64,000 bases of DNA from Candidatus Latescibacterota bacterium (lineage in GTDB: Bacteria > Latescibacterota > UBA2968 > GCA-2709665): the NCBI GenBank assembly GCA_965116875.1, contig OZ220733.1:480001-544000 (forward strand). The letters are read 5' to 3'. The notes below the pieces were generated by a model. It ran no database searches. It saw nothing but the letters and a program-made list of their open reading frames with translations, and was not told the DNA's origin. The position numbers were made by a program, and so were the translations under genes. Shown piece after piece: positions 30,954 through 40,821 of this stretch. How positions within the stretch are numbered: the stretch's first letter is position 1; each line of letters starts with the position of its first letter.

Positions 30954-32817
30954 CCTTAAATAAGCGAGTATTGTTGTTTGTTGAGCCGAAGGGCGCATTT
31001 TGGTGCGTTTGGGTTGATGAGAGCAATGGTGCCTGGCAAATGGTGATGGCGTGAGGTCGTACAGAGGTCTGTCGAGGTGAGTTTGCTGTGTAAAGCGACC
31101 GGTTGTGTGTGATTTGGGCGTAAGGGTCCGTTGCGTGATGATGGACGCGAACGCTGTGGTGATCTGCGGTCATCCTTCGAGTTGGTGTCAGGTGAAGCCG
31201 GTGCGTTCGATGGTGGCCCAGGCGCTTAGGAGTCTGCTCAGGGACGGCTGATAGCCGATGATGCGCACGGTGGTGCTTCGCGCGTTTCTCACCACACGAC
31301 AGGGAAACAGGATGATGTGGTTGAGGAAGGTGCGAAAGTCCATCCGGATATAGTGCCGGCGGTGTTTGATGCGATGCATCATCATGGCAAACCACGACTT
31401 GATGTTCCAGGCCAGTGCGGCGATGACCATGTAAGCCCAGTTACTGATCAGGTCATACATGGGCACGCGCAGGGCGTTGACACCGTTTTTGAGTTGTTCG
31501 ATGACGTTTTCCTGGTCGCAACGTTTGTTGGCCGCAAAGACGACTTCGGCAGGTGTGAGGTCGTGGCGCGTGGTGATGTAGAAGAAATACCGGATATTGT
31601 CGAAGAGGGTCTGCTCGCCTTTCGTCTTGGAGATGTTTTTTCTCACGGCCACGACGCGGTAGGTCCGTTCGCACTTGCCGGGCTGATAGTCAAACTGTGC
31701 CACGTCTTCGAACTTGAGCGCCAGGGTGAGGTAGCCCCGCGCCTTGACGATGCGCTGCTTCTCATTGTCCCGTCGGTGCCTTTTCTGTGGCGCGACAGGC
31801 CGGTGCAGGCGATGCCAGGCCGCTTCGTCAAGCGCCTCGGCCCGTGTTCGCAAGGCCTCGTTGGCGTCCATGCCGAAGATGAAATCGACGTTTTTGGCCC
31901 AGCGATCGAAGTGACCGGTGAGCGAAAAATCCGTGTCGCCGCGCAGGCATACGCGCCCTGCGTGGGGCTTCACCAAGGAGATGGCCGCATCGATCCAGGA
32001 TGCGGCGCCCTGGTGAGAAGACGCGTTGCCCGGACGGTTGACCACATACAGCACCTCTTTGGTATTGGCCAACGACACGATCAAAGGCGCATATCCCCAC
32101 ACGCCCTTGTAGGAAATGTCCATACCGGCTTTCTTCTGCCCATACGTTGGCGCACTGGTGCCATCCACGTCGATGTATGCCACCCCTGCCAGGTCTCGGG
32201 TAGCGCGTGTGCGCCACAACTTGGCGCGTACCGCGTTAATGCAATCCATCAGCTCGATCACGTCGGCCTCGGTGAAGCGACGTGTGAAGTCACCCGTGGT
32301 CGTCGGATCCGGGATCAGATCCGCGTTCAAGGCATTCATGTAGGCCACGTCATGTCGCAAACGCTCGATATCTTCCAGACGCGTGCCGCCGCACATGATG
32401 TTGTAGGAAAGGTTCAACACATGATCCGACTCGTGATACGGCAGATGCACCTTCAACAACTGCAACCTCGCGTCGATTTCCTTGACCAAGCCCAACTTCG
32501 TCACCAGGCGATGCACCGCCGTGATGCCACCGTAGCTCATCGCGTGCCCATCTGCGCTGACCTCGTAATGTACACGCGTGCTGCCAAACATCGGCTTGCC
32601 TTGCGCACAAAAGCGACTCGCGCGCTTCTGCCGTACATGTACCTTGCGCCCACATTTTGTACTGTTCCTGCGGCTTTCTCTTACCGATATTCTTTTCACC
32701 GGAAAGGCCCCCTTCGTTGGAGTAGCAATTTCCCGTCCGAGACTGCTAACTTCAACAAAGATAAGTCTTTCCGGTACTTTTATACATTTAAATCTGAAAT
32801 AACTCGCTTAATTAGAG
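30954..32817 (-). mobile_element. IS1380-family insertion sequence, apparently intact
   Basis: Imperfect IRs CCTTAAATAAGCGAGT / CTCTAATTAAGCGAGT; direct repeat TCTAAA at 30948-30953 and 32818-32823. Confidence 0.9.
31188..32699 (-). CDS. IS1380-family DDE transposase
   Basis: YHESDHVL, PDPTTTGDF, IDVDGT, LRGDTDF and RCDQENVIEQLK motifs. Confidence 0.93.
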   Translation of the reverse strand: MKRISVRESRRNSTKCGRKVHVRQKRASRFCAQGKPMFGSTRVHYEVSADGHAMSYGGITAVHRLVTKLGLVKEIDARLQLLKVHLPYHESDHVLNLSYNIMCGGTRLEDIERLRHDVAYMNALNADLIPDPTTTGDFTRRFTEADVIELMDCINAVRAKLWRTRATRDLAGVAYIDVDGTSAPTYGQKKAGMDISYKGVWGYAPLIVSLANTKEVLYVVNRPGNASSHQGAASWIDAAISLVKPHAGRVCLRGDTDFSLTGHFDRWAKNVDFIFGMDANEALRTRAEALDEAAWHRLHRPVAPQKRHRRDNEKQRIVKARGYLTLALKFEDVAQFDYQPGKCERTYRVVAVRKNISKTKGEQTLFDNIRYFFYITTRHDLTPAEVVFAANKRCDQENVIEQLKNGVNALRVPMYDLISNWAYMVIAALAWNIKSWFAMMMHRIKHRRHYIRMDFRTFLNHIILFPCRVVRNARSTTVRIIGYQPSLSRLLSAWATIERTGFT

Positions 32818-32818
32818 T

Positions 32819-33925
32819 CTAAATGTCTCCGGAAACAGCGTATTCTTCCAGCACTTCCCGGTCGATCTCGATGCCCAGCCCCGGGCTCTGTAACACCGGC
32901 ACCTCCCCGTCCACTACCTTGACTGGCTCTCTGGCGAGTTCAGTTCGCAGCCTGTTTTCGGTCATGTCGAATTCAAACAGGGATGGAAACGGATTCAGCG
33001 TCTCCGGTGAGTCGGGCAGGGTTGCCTGCCAGTGGATCGTAGCGGCAAGGCGAATACTGGTTCCCCACATGTGAGGCAGCACCCGTACGTGGTTGGCGCT
33101 TGCAAGCGCGGCAACCCTCCGGCACTCCGTGAACCCGCCCGCGTCGCAGATATCCGGCTGCACGATATCCAGCCCCCGCTCCTGGATCAGGTTGCGAAAC
33201 GCCCATCTGCCCTGCAGGGCCTCGCCGCCGGCAACGCGCACCCCCAGCGCCTGACGGATCTCGCGATAGCCGGAAACGTCGTCGGTTGAAATCGGTTCCT
33301 CGAACCAGAGCAGATCGTTCTCGAGGAGCTGACGCCCCACGTGGATCGCCGTGCCGGTGTCGTAGCCGCAATTGGCGTCCACGGCAAGCAGAGTCGAATC
33401 GCCGATCGCCCCTCGCACGGCGCCCGTGTTCCTGACGTCGTAGTCCGCGCCGAACCCGATCTTCATCTTCACCGCCCGGAACCCCATATCCACGTACGAC
33501 GCCGCCTCGTCCGACAACGCCCGGGTCATGTCCGCTTTTCGCTGCAGGAACAACCCGCTGGCATACGCCGGAATCCGATCCCGGAATGCGCCGCCCAGTA
33601 GCCTGTAGACGGGCATCTCGAGAGCACGTCCCACGATATCCCACAGCGCGATATCCACCGCGCTCAGATCCGAAAACCCCACGCCGCCGCGCAGATAGAG
33701 GTCGTTCCAGATGACTTCGACGTCAAACGGATCCCGGCCCACGAGTTGCGTCCGCAACGCCGTTTCGTTCAGACCCGATACCCCTTCGCCCCAACCCGTG
33801 ACACCCGCGTCGGTGATGACCTCGATCACGCCGGCGGTCCGTGCCGTATTCCAGACAATCGAGTTCGCGAACGGCTCTTTCAGCGGATACCGGAGATTAT
33901 AGACCTTGATGTCGGTGATCTTCAT
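32819..33925 (-). CDS. Mandelate racemase/muconate lactonizing enzyme family protein
   Basis: GWGE, DIALWDI, KMK, DAN, EEP, GGE and QPD motifs. Confidence 0.92.
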   Translation of the reverse strand: MKITDIKVYNLRYPLKEPFANSIVWNTARTAGVIEVITDAGVTGWGEGVSGLNETALRTQLVGRDPFDVEVIWNDLYLRGGVGFSDLSAVDIALWDIVGRALEMPVYRLLGGAFRDRIPAYASGLFLQRKADMTRALSDEAASYVDMGFRAVKMKIGFGADYDVRNTGAVRGAIGDSTLLAVDANCGYDTGTAIHVGRQLLENDLLWFEEPISTDDVSGYREIRQALGVRVAGGEALQGRWAFRNLIQERGLDIVQPDICDAGGFTECRRVAALASANHVRVLPHMWGTSIRLAATIHWQATLPDSPETLNPFPSLFEFDMTENRLRTELAREPVKVVDGEVPVLQSPGLGIEIDREVLEEYAVSGDI

Positions 33926-33944
33926 TTTGTTCCACAGACCCGCT

Positions 33945-34772
33945 TCAAACCGAAGTCCGCCGGCGGCTGTACTCCACCGCCTCAGGAAACCGGATCGTGA
34001 GATGGCTCAGGGCCTCCGCAATTTCACACTCGCAGGCCGAGGCGGCGTAAGGCAGCGTTCCGGTCGCGCGAAATTGTCGTCCGTTCAAGGCATGAAAGTC
34101 GCCGCGCCGGTCCATGAATTGTCCCCAATGCCCCATGGTATAGCCGATATGGGGGTTGACCACCTCGCTCTCCGCCCAGCGGGCCGGAAACAGCGAACGG
34201 AATCGGGGCGCTGAATTCATCCAACTGCTGCAGCGAACGATCGCGATATCGGGTCGTCGCGTCCGTGAATCCCGGAGCATTCGAATCAGAGACGCCGCGA
34301 AAGGCGTGAACATTTCACTGAGCGGCGATTCGGGCCGGTAGACATTGTCGATATGAATATTCAACCGACCGGAATCCGTATAGTCGTAAGACCAGCATTC
34401 GTAGGGTCGTTCTCCCGCGAGACCATCGTCGGCCACTCTCAGACGGGCCTCGAGACAGGGCCACAGCAATTCCAGGCCCTCAGACTCGAATGCGTGGGCC
34501 GTGGAGCTGTTTTCGTGCCTGCCGTAAAGGGACTCCAGGCGGTCGACCACGACAGCCCACTCCGGCCCGACGTCGTCGCCGGATGGATGGCGTTTCCCGT
34601 CGTAGAACGAGGTGTTCCTGTAAATGTTGACCCGTTTGTTCACCACGTCGGCAAAAGGTTCCGATCCGGCCTTCGCCACGCGCCACACGTACCAGAGGGA
34701 AAGCTTCGTGAATTCCGTCACGTAGCGACTTCGAACCGTATCCATACCGGGCGCCTGATGTTCTGCCTCCAT
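33945..34772 (-). CDS. Hypothetical protein
   Basis: 275-aa ORF tiling between co-oriented genes; no family recognised. Confidence 0.7.
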   Translation of the reverse strand: MEAEHQAPGMDTVRSRYVTEFTKLSLWYVWRVAKAGSEPFADVVNKRVNIYRNTSFYDGKRHPSGDDVGPEWAVVVDRLESLYGRHENSSTAHAFESEGLELLWPCLEARLRVADDGLAGERPYECWSYDYTDSGRLNIHIDNVYRPESPLSEMFTPFAASLIRMLRDSRTRRPDIAIVRCSSWMNSAPRFRSLFPARWAESEVVNPHIGYTMGHWGQFMDRRGDFHALNGRQFRATGTLPYAASACECEIAEALSHLTIRFPEAVEYSRRRTSV

Positions 34773-34807
34773 ACCCTTCCGTACGACGGGACGCGGGCGA
34801 AGTGCGT

Positions 34808-35698
34808 CTATCCCCTCCCGGGAAACGTCAGTTCGGCGACGCCCGACTTATCCAGTTCGCCCTTGCCGGTTTCTATCATACGGTCGTACTGCCTCTTCGT
34901 CGCATCGGCCAGCGGCAGATTCAGCCCGGCGTTACGGGCCAGGTCCAGGGCGATGCCTGAATCTTTCGCGGCGTGCGCACAGGAAAAGTAGCACTCGTGG
35001 TCCCGCGCCACCATATCCTCCCCGTCCGTTTCAAGGACGCGGGAATTGGCGCCCGTCTGTGAGAAAACCTGCTGCAGCATCTCCAGATCGAGACCCAGAG
35101 CCGCCCCCAGCCCCAGCCCTTCCGCGAGACCTGCCGTATTGATATTCATGACCATATTGACGAGCGCCTTGACCTGCGCCGCCTGTCCGGCCTCCCCGAT
35201 GTACTTCAAGTCGGTGCTCATCGAGTCCAGAATCGGGCGCACGTCGTCGAAGACTTCCTTCCTGCCGCCGCACATGAGATAGAGCGTGCCTTCACGGGCC
35301 TGTGTGATGCTGCTTGCCATACACCCTTCAAGGCTTCTCGCGCCCGCCGCCTCAGCCAGCGCCTGAACGTCGACGTGTACCTGAGGGGCGATGGTTGCGC
35401 AATTGATGAAGACCCTGCCGTCCGCGCCGCAAAGCAAACTGTCGCCCCCGGTTGAAAATACCGCACGCATCGCTTCGTTGTCGGTAACGACGGTAATGAT
35501 CTGATCCGCGGCTGCAGTCACGCACTCCAGCGAGCCGGCTGCCTCACACCCGAGTTCACGCGCCAGTTCGGCCGCGGCATCCGATCGGACGTCGTATACA
35601 GACGTTACGACAAATCCGTCGTCCTTCAGATGCCTTGCTATATTCGCGCCCATACGCCCGACACCCACCACGCCGATTCTGAAATCAGAAGTCTCCAT
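34808..35698 (-). CDS. NAD(P)-dependent 3-hydroxyacid dehydrogenase family protein
   Basis: GVGRMG, KALVN and AAKD motifs; GGAGG RBS. Confidence 0.88.
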   Translation of the reverse strand: METSDFRIGVVGVGRMGANIARHLKDDGFVVTSVYDVRSDAAAELARELGCEAAGSLECVTAAADQIITVVTDNEAMRAVFSTGGDSLLCGADGRVFINCATIAPQVHVDVQALAEAAGARSLEGCMASSITQAREGTLYLMCGGRKEVFDDVRPILDSMSTDLKYIGEAGQAAQVKALVNMVMNINTAGLAEGLGLGAALGLDLEMLQQVFSQTGANSRVLETDGEDMVARDHECYFSCAHAAKDSGIALDLARNAGLNLPLADATKRQYDRMIETGKGELDKSGVAELTFPGRG

Positions 35699-35718
35699 GT
35701 TACCCTCCGGCATACAAA

Positions 35719-35880
35719 GAAGCTGTTTTAAAACTCCCAGCGGTCTTCGCGCGGCTGCAAAAGCGCCGGCCGGCGTTGGTCGTAGCCACCCGTATCTACA
35801 AATATGGGCGGCTTCACCCGCCTTGGCCGCCACATTTTCGCTCGCGCTCGGGAACTCACCGGTAGTTTTAAAACAGCTTC
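35719..35880. repeat. MITE-like family 2, full 162-bp structured copy
   Basis: Perfect TIR GAAGCTGTTTTAAAACT; homologous to 43360-43548 in reverse orientation. Confidence 0.88.
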
Positions 35881-35947
35881 AAAGAGCGTTCAACTGCCGG
35901 CGTGTGTTCCAGCGCGGTCAACGGTCGAACGCTCCGTACGGATCAAC

Positions 35948-36382
35948 CTACAGGCTATTGTGGAATTCGGTCCAGTCGTCCAGGTTGTTCAATTTCACCG
36001 CGTCCAGGATCGACCCGTCGTCCGCCACTCCTGCCGCCGACAGAATCGCTCCGCGCGTATCGTCGTCGTGGTGATACCCGAGAATGGCCGCATTAGAAGC
36101 GTCGATCTCATCCTGCGGGATGCTGCCGCCGCGCTGGCTCACCACCCAGTTCTCAAACTCGATATACGTCGGCAGGTTGCCTTTTACGTAGTCAACCGCC
36201 GCATCCCGATCGACTTTCAATCCGTCGAGCACCATCTGGTCGTAGCCGGCGCCGCATTCGGGGTAGTCATCCGCCAGCTGGCCCTTCGCGGAAAGCGTCA
36301 GCTTCAGCCACAACCTGGGGAGGTGGATGGCTCCGAGAGGCCCGGCAACGCCGGAGCTGATCAGGGGAATCGTGCCTGCCAT
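35948..36382 (-). CDS. DUF5069-like protein
   Basis: GAIHLPRLWLK...GYDQM, DDW motifs; family recalled from memory. Confidence 0.7.
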   Translation of the reverse strand: MAGTIPLISSGVAGPLGAIHLPRLWLKLTLSAKGQLADDYPECGAGYDQMVLDGLKVDRDAAVDYVKGNLPTYIEFENWVVSQRGGSIPQDEIDASNAAILGYHHDDDTRGAILSAAGVADDGSILDAVKLNNLDDWTEFHNSL

Positions 36383-36664
36383 CGTGTGTCTCCTTCTGAA
36401 TTTGGGGAGTTTAATTCGATGGAAACCGCGTCATGGACACCGCGACCGATGCACCCCCGTTCATCGGTCTGATTGTCAAATAAATGTACAGGATGAAACC
36501 TCTGTCAACATGAAAAACGCCGGACGTGGGCACCAGCCCGTTCCGGTTGGTTGGGTGCGGGGCGACCAGTCGGGTCGCGACAGCCGTAATTTGCGAAGGG
36601 AAAAGGGTACATAGAAAGAGCGGATGAGAAATCCACTCACCCGCACCTCCTGTAACCAGCCTCT

Positions 36665-37336
36665 TCATGCTTCGCGGCTGTTTTTCAACCGGTCTATTTC
36701 GTCCCGCAGCCGCCCGGCCTCTTCATAGCGCTCCTGCCGGCAGGCCTGTTCCATCTTGCGGAGGAGATCGTTGATCCTTGTCTCGACGGGGTCTCCGGCA
36801 TCGGCTGTCCCGCTCCTGGATACCTCCGCGACCGTCATTACGGCTTCTTCCTTGTCCTCGACGAGCTGGGGCGGCGCCAGGGCTTCGATCGATTCCGGCT
36901 CCTCAGCGCCGACTTCCGGGCGGTCCTCGTGTCCTGCTTCGGTGAGAACGGCCTCCGATACGAAGATTGTCGCTTCGTAACGTAGCGCCAGGGCAACGCA
37001 ATCGCTCGGCCGGGCGTCTACCCGCCAACGCTTCGCGCCGCGTGCGAGGGCCAGCTCCGCGTAGAAGATACCTTTTTTCAACGCCACAATGTAGACGCCT
37101 TCTATTGTGGTGTCCAGCTGACCCAGAATGGACCGGACCAGGTCGTGCGTGAGCGGGCGAGGCGGGCGCTCGTTCGTCAGTTCGGCGTAGATGGCGCTGG
37201 CCTCCATCAGTCCGATCACGATCGGCAGCAAAACGTTGTGCTCGGTGTTGCAAAGCCAGATCATGCGCGGCTGCGAAACCTGTACAGGTCGCAACGCGTT
37301 CAACGTGCGTTCGATGTCGATCTTGACTTCAACCAT
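36665..37336 (-). CDS. Bifunctional nuclease (DUF151) with C-terminal UVR domain
   Basis: LPIVIG, RPLTHDL, DARPSD and ERYEEAGRLRDEI motifs. Confidence 0.92.
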   Translation of the reverse strand: MVEVKIDIERTLNALRPVQVSQPRMIWLCNTEHNVLLPIVIGLMEASAIYAELTNERPPRPLTHDLVRSILGQLDTTIEGVYIVALKKGIFYAELALARGAKRWRVDARPSDCVALALRYEATIFVSEAVLTEAGHEDRPEVGAEEPESIEALAPPQLVEDKEEAVMTVAEVSRSGTADAGDPVETRINDLLRKMEQACRQERYEEAGRLRDEIDRLKNSREA

Positions 37337-37425
37337 CTGCTTCCTCCGGATTCTCATTTCCCCGGAACATGCTCAGCAATATACAAAAGCGAGGCTCCCC
37401 GACAAGGGTATTTTTGCACTTTTTT

Positions 37426-38727
37426 TTAGACGCACTGTGCCGCGAACCGTTCCATCTGCCGAATGCACACCGCCTCGATCCGTTCCGCACTCCCGGGCGC
37501 AACCCGCGACCAGGGTCCGGCAACCACCTCGTAACCCCCCTCTTCATACGCTCTGTGGATTGGGAAATACCCCACCCATCCGTTCGCGTTTCCGGTTACG
37601 AACCAGGCGCCGGCCTGTTTAACTGCAAGCCCGGTCTCGACGAACACCTCCCCGGGGAGCGCGACCCAGCGCAGGCGGCCCAGCGCCATGGCCTGGACCT
37701 CGACCTGAACCGGACCCTCAGCAAGCTTTCGCGCCAGCCGCAACGCCAGGCGGTTTTCGAAGGAAGAACTCTGCGCCGCGGTTCTCTCAGCCTCCTCCAG
37801 CGGCGGACAGGGCCTCGGGTCCAGCTCCAGCCGGTCCGTTTCGTAATCCACGCGAGTGGAACAGAGCGGAGCGCCCTTTTTCAGGCGGGCGATCTCATCC
37901 AGCGCGGCCCTGCCCAGCGTTCGCCCAATCCGGGACACGTCATCGAAACCGGTCGTCACGTGAATCGAGTTGACGTTGCCGCATGCGCCGTTGACGAAGA
38001 GACACGTTGCGTCATTCAGTCCCGCTTCCACGGAAGCCGTGAGAGCGCCGGGATAATCCGCCGACACCGGCGGAAGCAGCATGGCCACGACGGGATGTGC
38101 GGAATAGTTCACCATCACAGCCTGCGGCTGTCCGTTCAGGGCTTCGAGATAAAGTACGGCCAGCGCCTCATCGACGGCCCAGGTTCCGGCAGCCGCCTCG
38201 AGCGGTGGCAGTTCCCCGGCTCGGTTCAGAGTGCCGTCTTTCAAACGAATTCGCCGATGCCGTGCCACGCCCGGCACCTGCGTCACCCCGGCGTAAGCCC
38301 GGACAGCCGTCCGTTTTACCCACGCTTCGGTAACCGTGGACGCCAACGTCTCGAGGTGTCCTTCCAGCCAGTCCTGAATCCCCTCCGTTTCCCGGAACGG
38401 CGTCAACCCCAGCGTCTCGGGCGTGGAGTGGGAGTGGGTGGCCGTCAGCATCACGCCTTCCGGGGCAAGCCCTGTACGGTTGGCAATCAACGAACGCAAC
38501 TCCGCCGTAAAGTTTCGATCCGGACCGAGAATCGCGTTGTCGTATCCGACCGCGTCCACCGACAGCACCGCAATCGACCTGCGGCCGTCGTCGAGTACAA
38601 GGGCTCTGGCGTACAGGTCGTCGTGAACGCCGTCAAACGGCTCGCAGGTGCCGTTCCCGGACGACGTCAGATACGGCACCCAGGTGGGTGGGGTAACACA
38701 CCGCTTTGCCGCGCCTGCCATCAGCAT
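37426..38727 (-). CDS. Neutral ceramidase-like hydrolase
   Basis: HDDLYARAL, ATHSHSTP, NYSAHP, SADYPG and LPGEVF motifs. Confidence 0.78.
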   Translation of the reverse strand: MLMAGAAKRCVTPPTWVPYLTSSGNGTCEPFDGVHDDLYARALVLDDGRRSIAVLSVDAVGYDNAILGPDRNFTAELRSLIANRTGLAPEGVMLTATHSHSTPETLGLTPFRETEGIQDWLEGHLETLASTVTEAWVKRTAVRAYAGVTQVPGVARHRRIRLKDGTLNRAGELPPLEAAAGTWAVDEALAVLYLEALNGQPQAVMVNYSAHPVVAMLLPPVSADYPGALTASVEAGLNDATCLFVNGACGNVNSIHVTTGFDDVSRIGRTLGRAALDEIARLKKGAPLCSTRVDYETDRLELDPRPCPPLEEAERTAAQSSSFENRLALRLARKLAEGPVQVEVQAMALGRLRWVALPGEVFVETGLAVKQAGAWFVTGNANGWVGYFPIHRAYEEGGYEVVAGPWSRVAPGSAERIEAVCIRQMERFAAQCV

Positions 38728-38751
38728 ATTCGACGTTTCTCCATTCCGGTG

Positions 38752-38780
38752 TTGACAGGTTCAGTTCCCGCGGATAAATT
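38752..38780 (+). promoter_or_regulatory. Candidate sigma70 promoter
   Basis: TTGACA-N17-TAAATT in a divergent intergenic region. Confidence 0.5.
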
Positions 38781-39172
38781 ACAACGGCATCCGTTAACCA
38801 TGACTCGTGTGTATTCTGGACGTTAATTCGAATTAATGCAAGTTGAAAAAGGCGGTTAAAGTGCGGCTTACCCTGTCTGCCTACGCTCGACAGGCAGGAT
38901 ACACCTGGTCACTGGGCAAGTTCGGAACCTTTCCCCCCAGCCGCCCCACCACCTGGTGAGAAGGAAGACGGGAGAGGGGAGAGATCGGATGCCGTAACGG
39001 GATTCTCCTTATGCCGCAGGCAAGTCGGAAGAATAGACGGGCAAGGGTTTCTTCTCCCGTCTCCAGTCTTGCGTCTCCCCGCATTTCTTCTACCCTCTAC
39101 CCACATTAAGGCTCTTTGTGTCCAATTTGACTGTTGTATTGTTTCGAATATGAGGTTAAACGGGGACATCCG

Positions 39173-39997
39173 ATGAAACTCTCACTTTCCGTGCGGGTTG
39201 CAGAAAGCTTCAGCAACAAACGTGTCGTGGACATACCGCTGCCCGACCTGGCCGGCATCGCAAGAAGGGCCGGATTTGGCGCGCTGTGCATGCGGGCTTC
39301 GGTTGTCGGCGTCCGGAGCACACCGGAAGCCGTGGAATCCGCCCGGGCGCTTCTGAGGCGGGAAGGCCTCGCGGTGTCGATGGTGACGGGTGACTTTGCC
39401 GTTCCCGAAAACGGTGACGAAGGTCCGGGTTGCCTGCGGAACATCACGCCGCACCTCGATCTGGCGCAGGCGCTCGGATCCGACCTGATACGTGTCTGCA
39501 TCAAGACCGGGGCCGATGTCCCCTTTGCGCGAGATTCCGCCGACGAGGCCGCCGAACGGAATATCCGCCTCGCCCATCAGAGCCATACGCTCAGCCTGTT
39601 CGAGACCGTTGAGGGCTCGTTGAATGTCCTTGGCCAAATCGACAGATCCAACTTCGGACTGATCTACGAACCCGCCAACCTTGCCCTCTGCGGAGAAGAC
39701 TACGGGCCGGAGACGCTTCGGTTATTTCAGCCGTACCTGTTCAATGTCTACCTGCAGAACCACGCGCCCCATCCTGAGGGCGACATGCCGATGACCACGT
39801 GGGCCAACGGTACCGTGATGTCCCACCTGCGTCCGCTCGATGCCGCAGGAGGCATCGAATTCGGCAGGGTCTTCGAGGGGCTGCACGCCATCTCCTACAG
39901 CGGGTACGTCACCGTGCACCAGGCGTTCGGCGGGCGTCTGTCTCCAGACGAAGCCGCCATGCGCTCTGCAGGTTTCCTCAAGTCGTTCACCGTTTAG
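39173..39997 (+). CDS. Sugar phosphate isomerase/epimerase (xylose isomerase-like TIM barrel)
   Basis: Family layout with variant metal ligands (HQSH, YEPAN, YSGYVTVH). Confidence 0.78.
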   Translation: MKLSLSVRVAESFSNKRVVDIPLPDLAGIARRAGFGALCMRASVVGVRSTPEAVESARALLRREGLAVSMVTGDFAVPENGDEGPGCLRNITPHLDLAQALGSDLIRVCIKTGADVPFARDSADEAAERNIRLAHQSHTLSLFETVEGSLNVLGQIDRSNFGLIYEPANLALCGEDYGPETLRLFQPYLFNVYLQNHAPHPEGDMPMTTWANGTVMSHLRPLDAAGGIEFGRVFEGLHAISYSGYVTVHQAFGGRLSPDEAAMRSAGFLKSFTV

Positions 39998-40010
39998 CGG
40001 GACGTTGCAG

Positions 40011-40409
40011 TCAAGGGTCTCGCTCACGGCTGTATTCCGCGGTGACTTCGTGCTCGATCCCGCCCCTGACGTTGAACCGGCCGACCACCGCCATTTCCAC
40101 CGGCGCGCAGACCAGAACCAGGTCGTCCAGGATCCGGTTCGTCACCTCTTCGAAAAAAGCGCCCGTATCGCGAAACGACCTGAAGTAGAGCTTGAGCGAC
40201 TTGAGCTCCACGCACTTTTCGCGCGGAACGTACCGGACGACGATCGTGGCAAAGTCGGGCTGTCCCGTCAGCGGACACAGCGAAGTGAACTCCCGGCACG
40301 TGAATTCAATCGTGTACCGCCGTCCCGGACGCGGATTCTCGAAGACCTCCAGGATTTCACCTGCCTGAGCCCCCAATCTGTCGCTCCTCTCAAGAGTCGG
40401 CAACCCCAT
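40011..40409 (-). CDS. queF: NADPH-dependent preQ0 reductase (type I)
   Basis: [15 protein letters not shown] (catalytic Cys and Asp), [11 protein letters not shown]. Confidence 0.93.
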   Translation of the reverse strand: MGLPTLERSDRLGAQAGEILEVFENPRPGRRYTIEFTCREFTSLCPLTGQPDFATIVVRYVPREKCVELKSLKLYFRSFRDTGAFFEEVTNRILDDLVLVCAPVEMAVVGRFNVRGGIEHEVTAEYSRERDP

Positions 40410-40821
40410 CGCTTGCCCAGTCAACGGTGACCGTAGCGGAAATCCCTCCCCTCACCGTGAACTCCCCTGCCACCGTCATTTTCTTCGGGTTACAGGCCGC
40501 GACCAGATCATCCAGGATCCGGTTGACGCCCCCCTCGTACGACGTGGCCTGATTTCGATACGACCCCAGATACCGCTTGAGCGACACGGTCTCTATACAC
40601 GCGTCGCCCGGCACGTATCGAACGGTGATTGTCGCGAAAACGGGTTCGTTCGTTTCCGGATAGATGGCCGTGAATTCGGGGAAAACAAACTCGATCGTAT
40701 ACGGCCTGCCCGGCCGAGGGTTTTGTGTCGTCTCCAGACCCAATTCAACACTCCATGGCAGCGTCCCGACCTGCCGCACGCGACGATATTCGGGTACCTG
40801 CCGCGACGCCCGCGAGGTCAA
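40390..40821 (-). CDS. QueF-like T-fold paralog lacking the catalytic Cys and Asp
   Basis: [30 protein letters not shown] and RGG; overlaps both neighbours. Confidence 0.82.
   Translation of the reverse strand: MTSRASRQVPEYRRVRQVGTLPWSVELGLETTQNPRPGRPYTIEFVFPEFTAIYPETNEPVFATITVRYVPGDACIETVSLKRYLGSYRNQATSYEGGVNRILDDLVAACNPKKMTVAGEFTVRGGISATVTVDWASDGVADS

Noticed and set aside
31317-32822. 501-aa plus-strand ORF in the IS
   Set aside because: Antisense to the transposase, with no recognisable features
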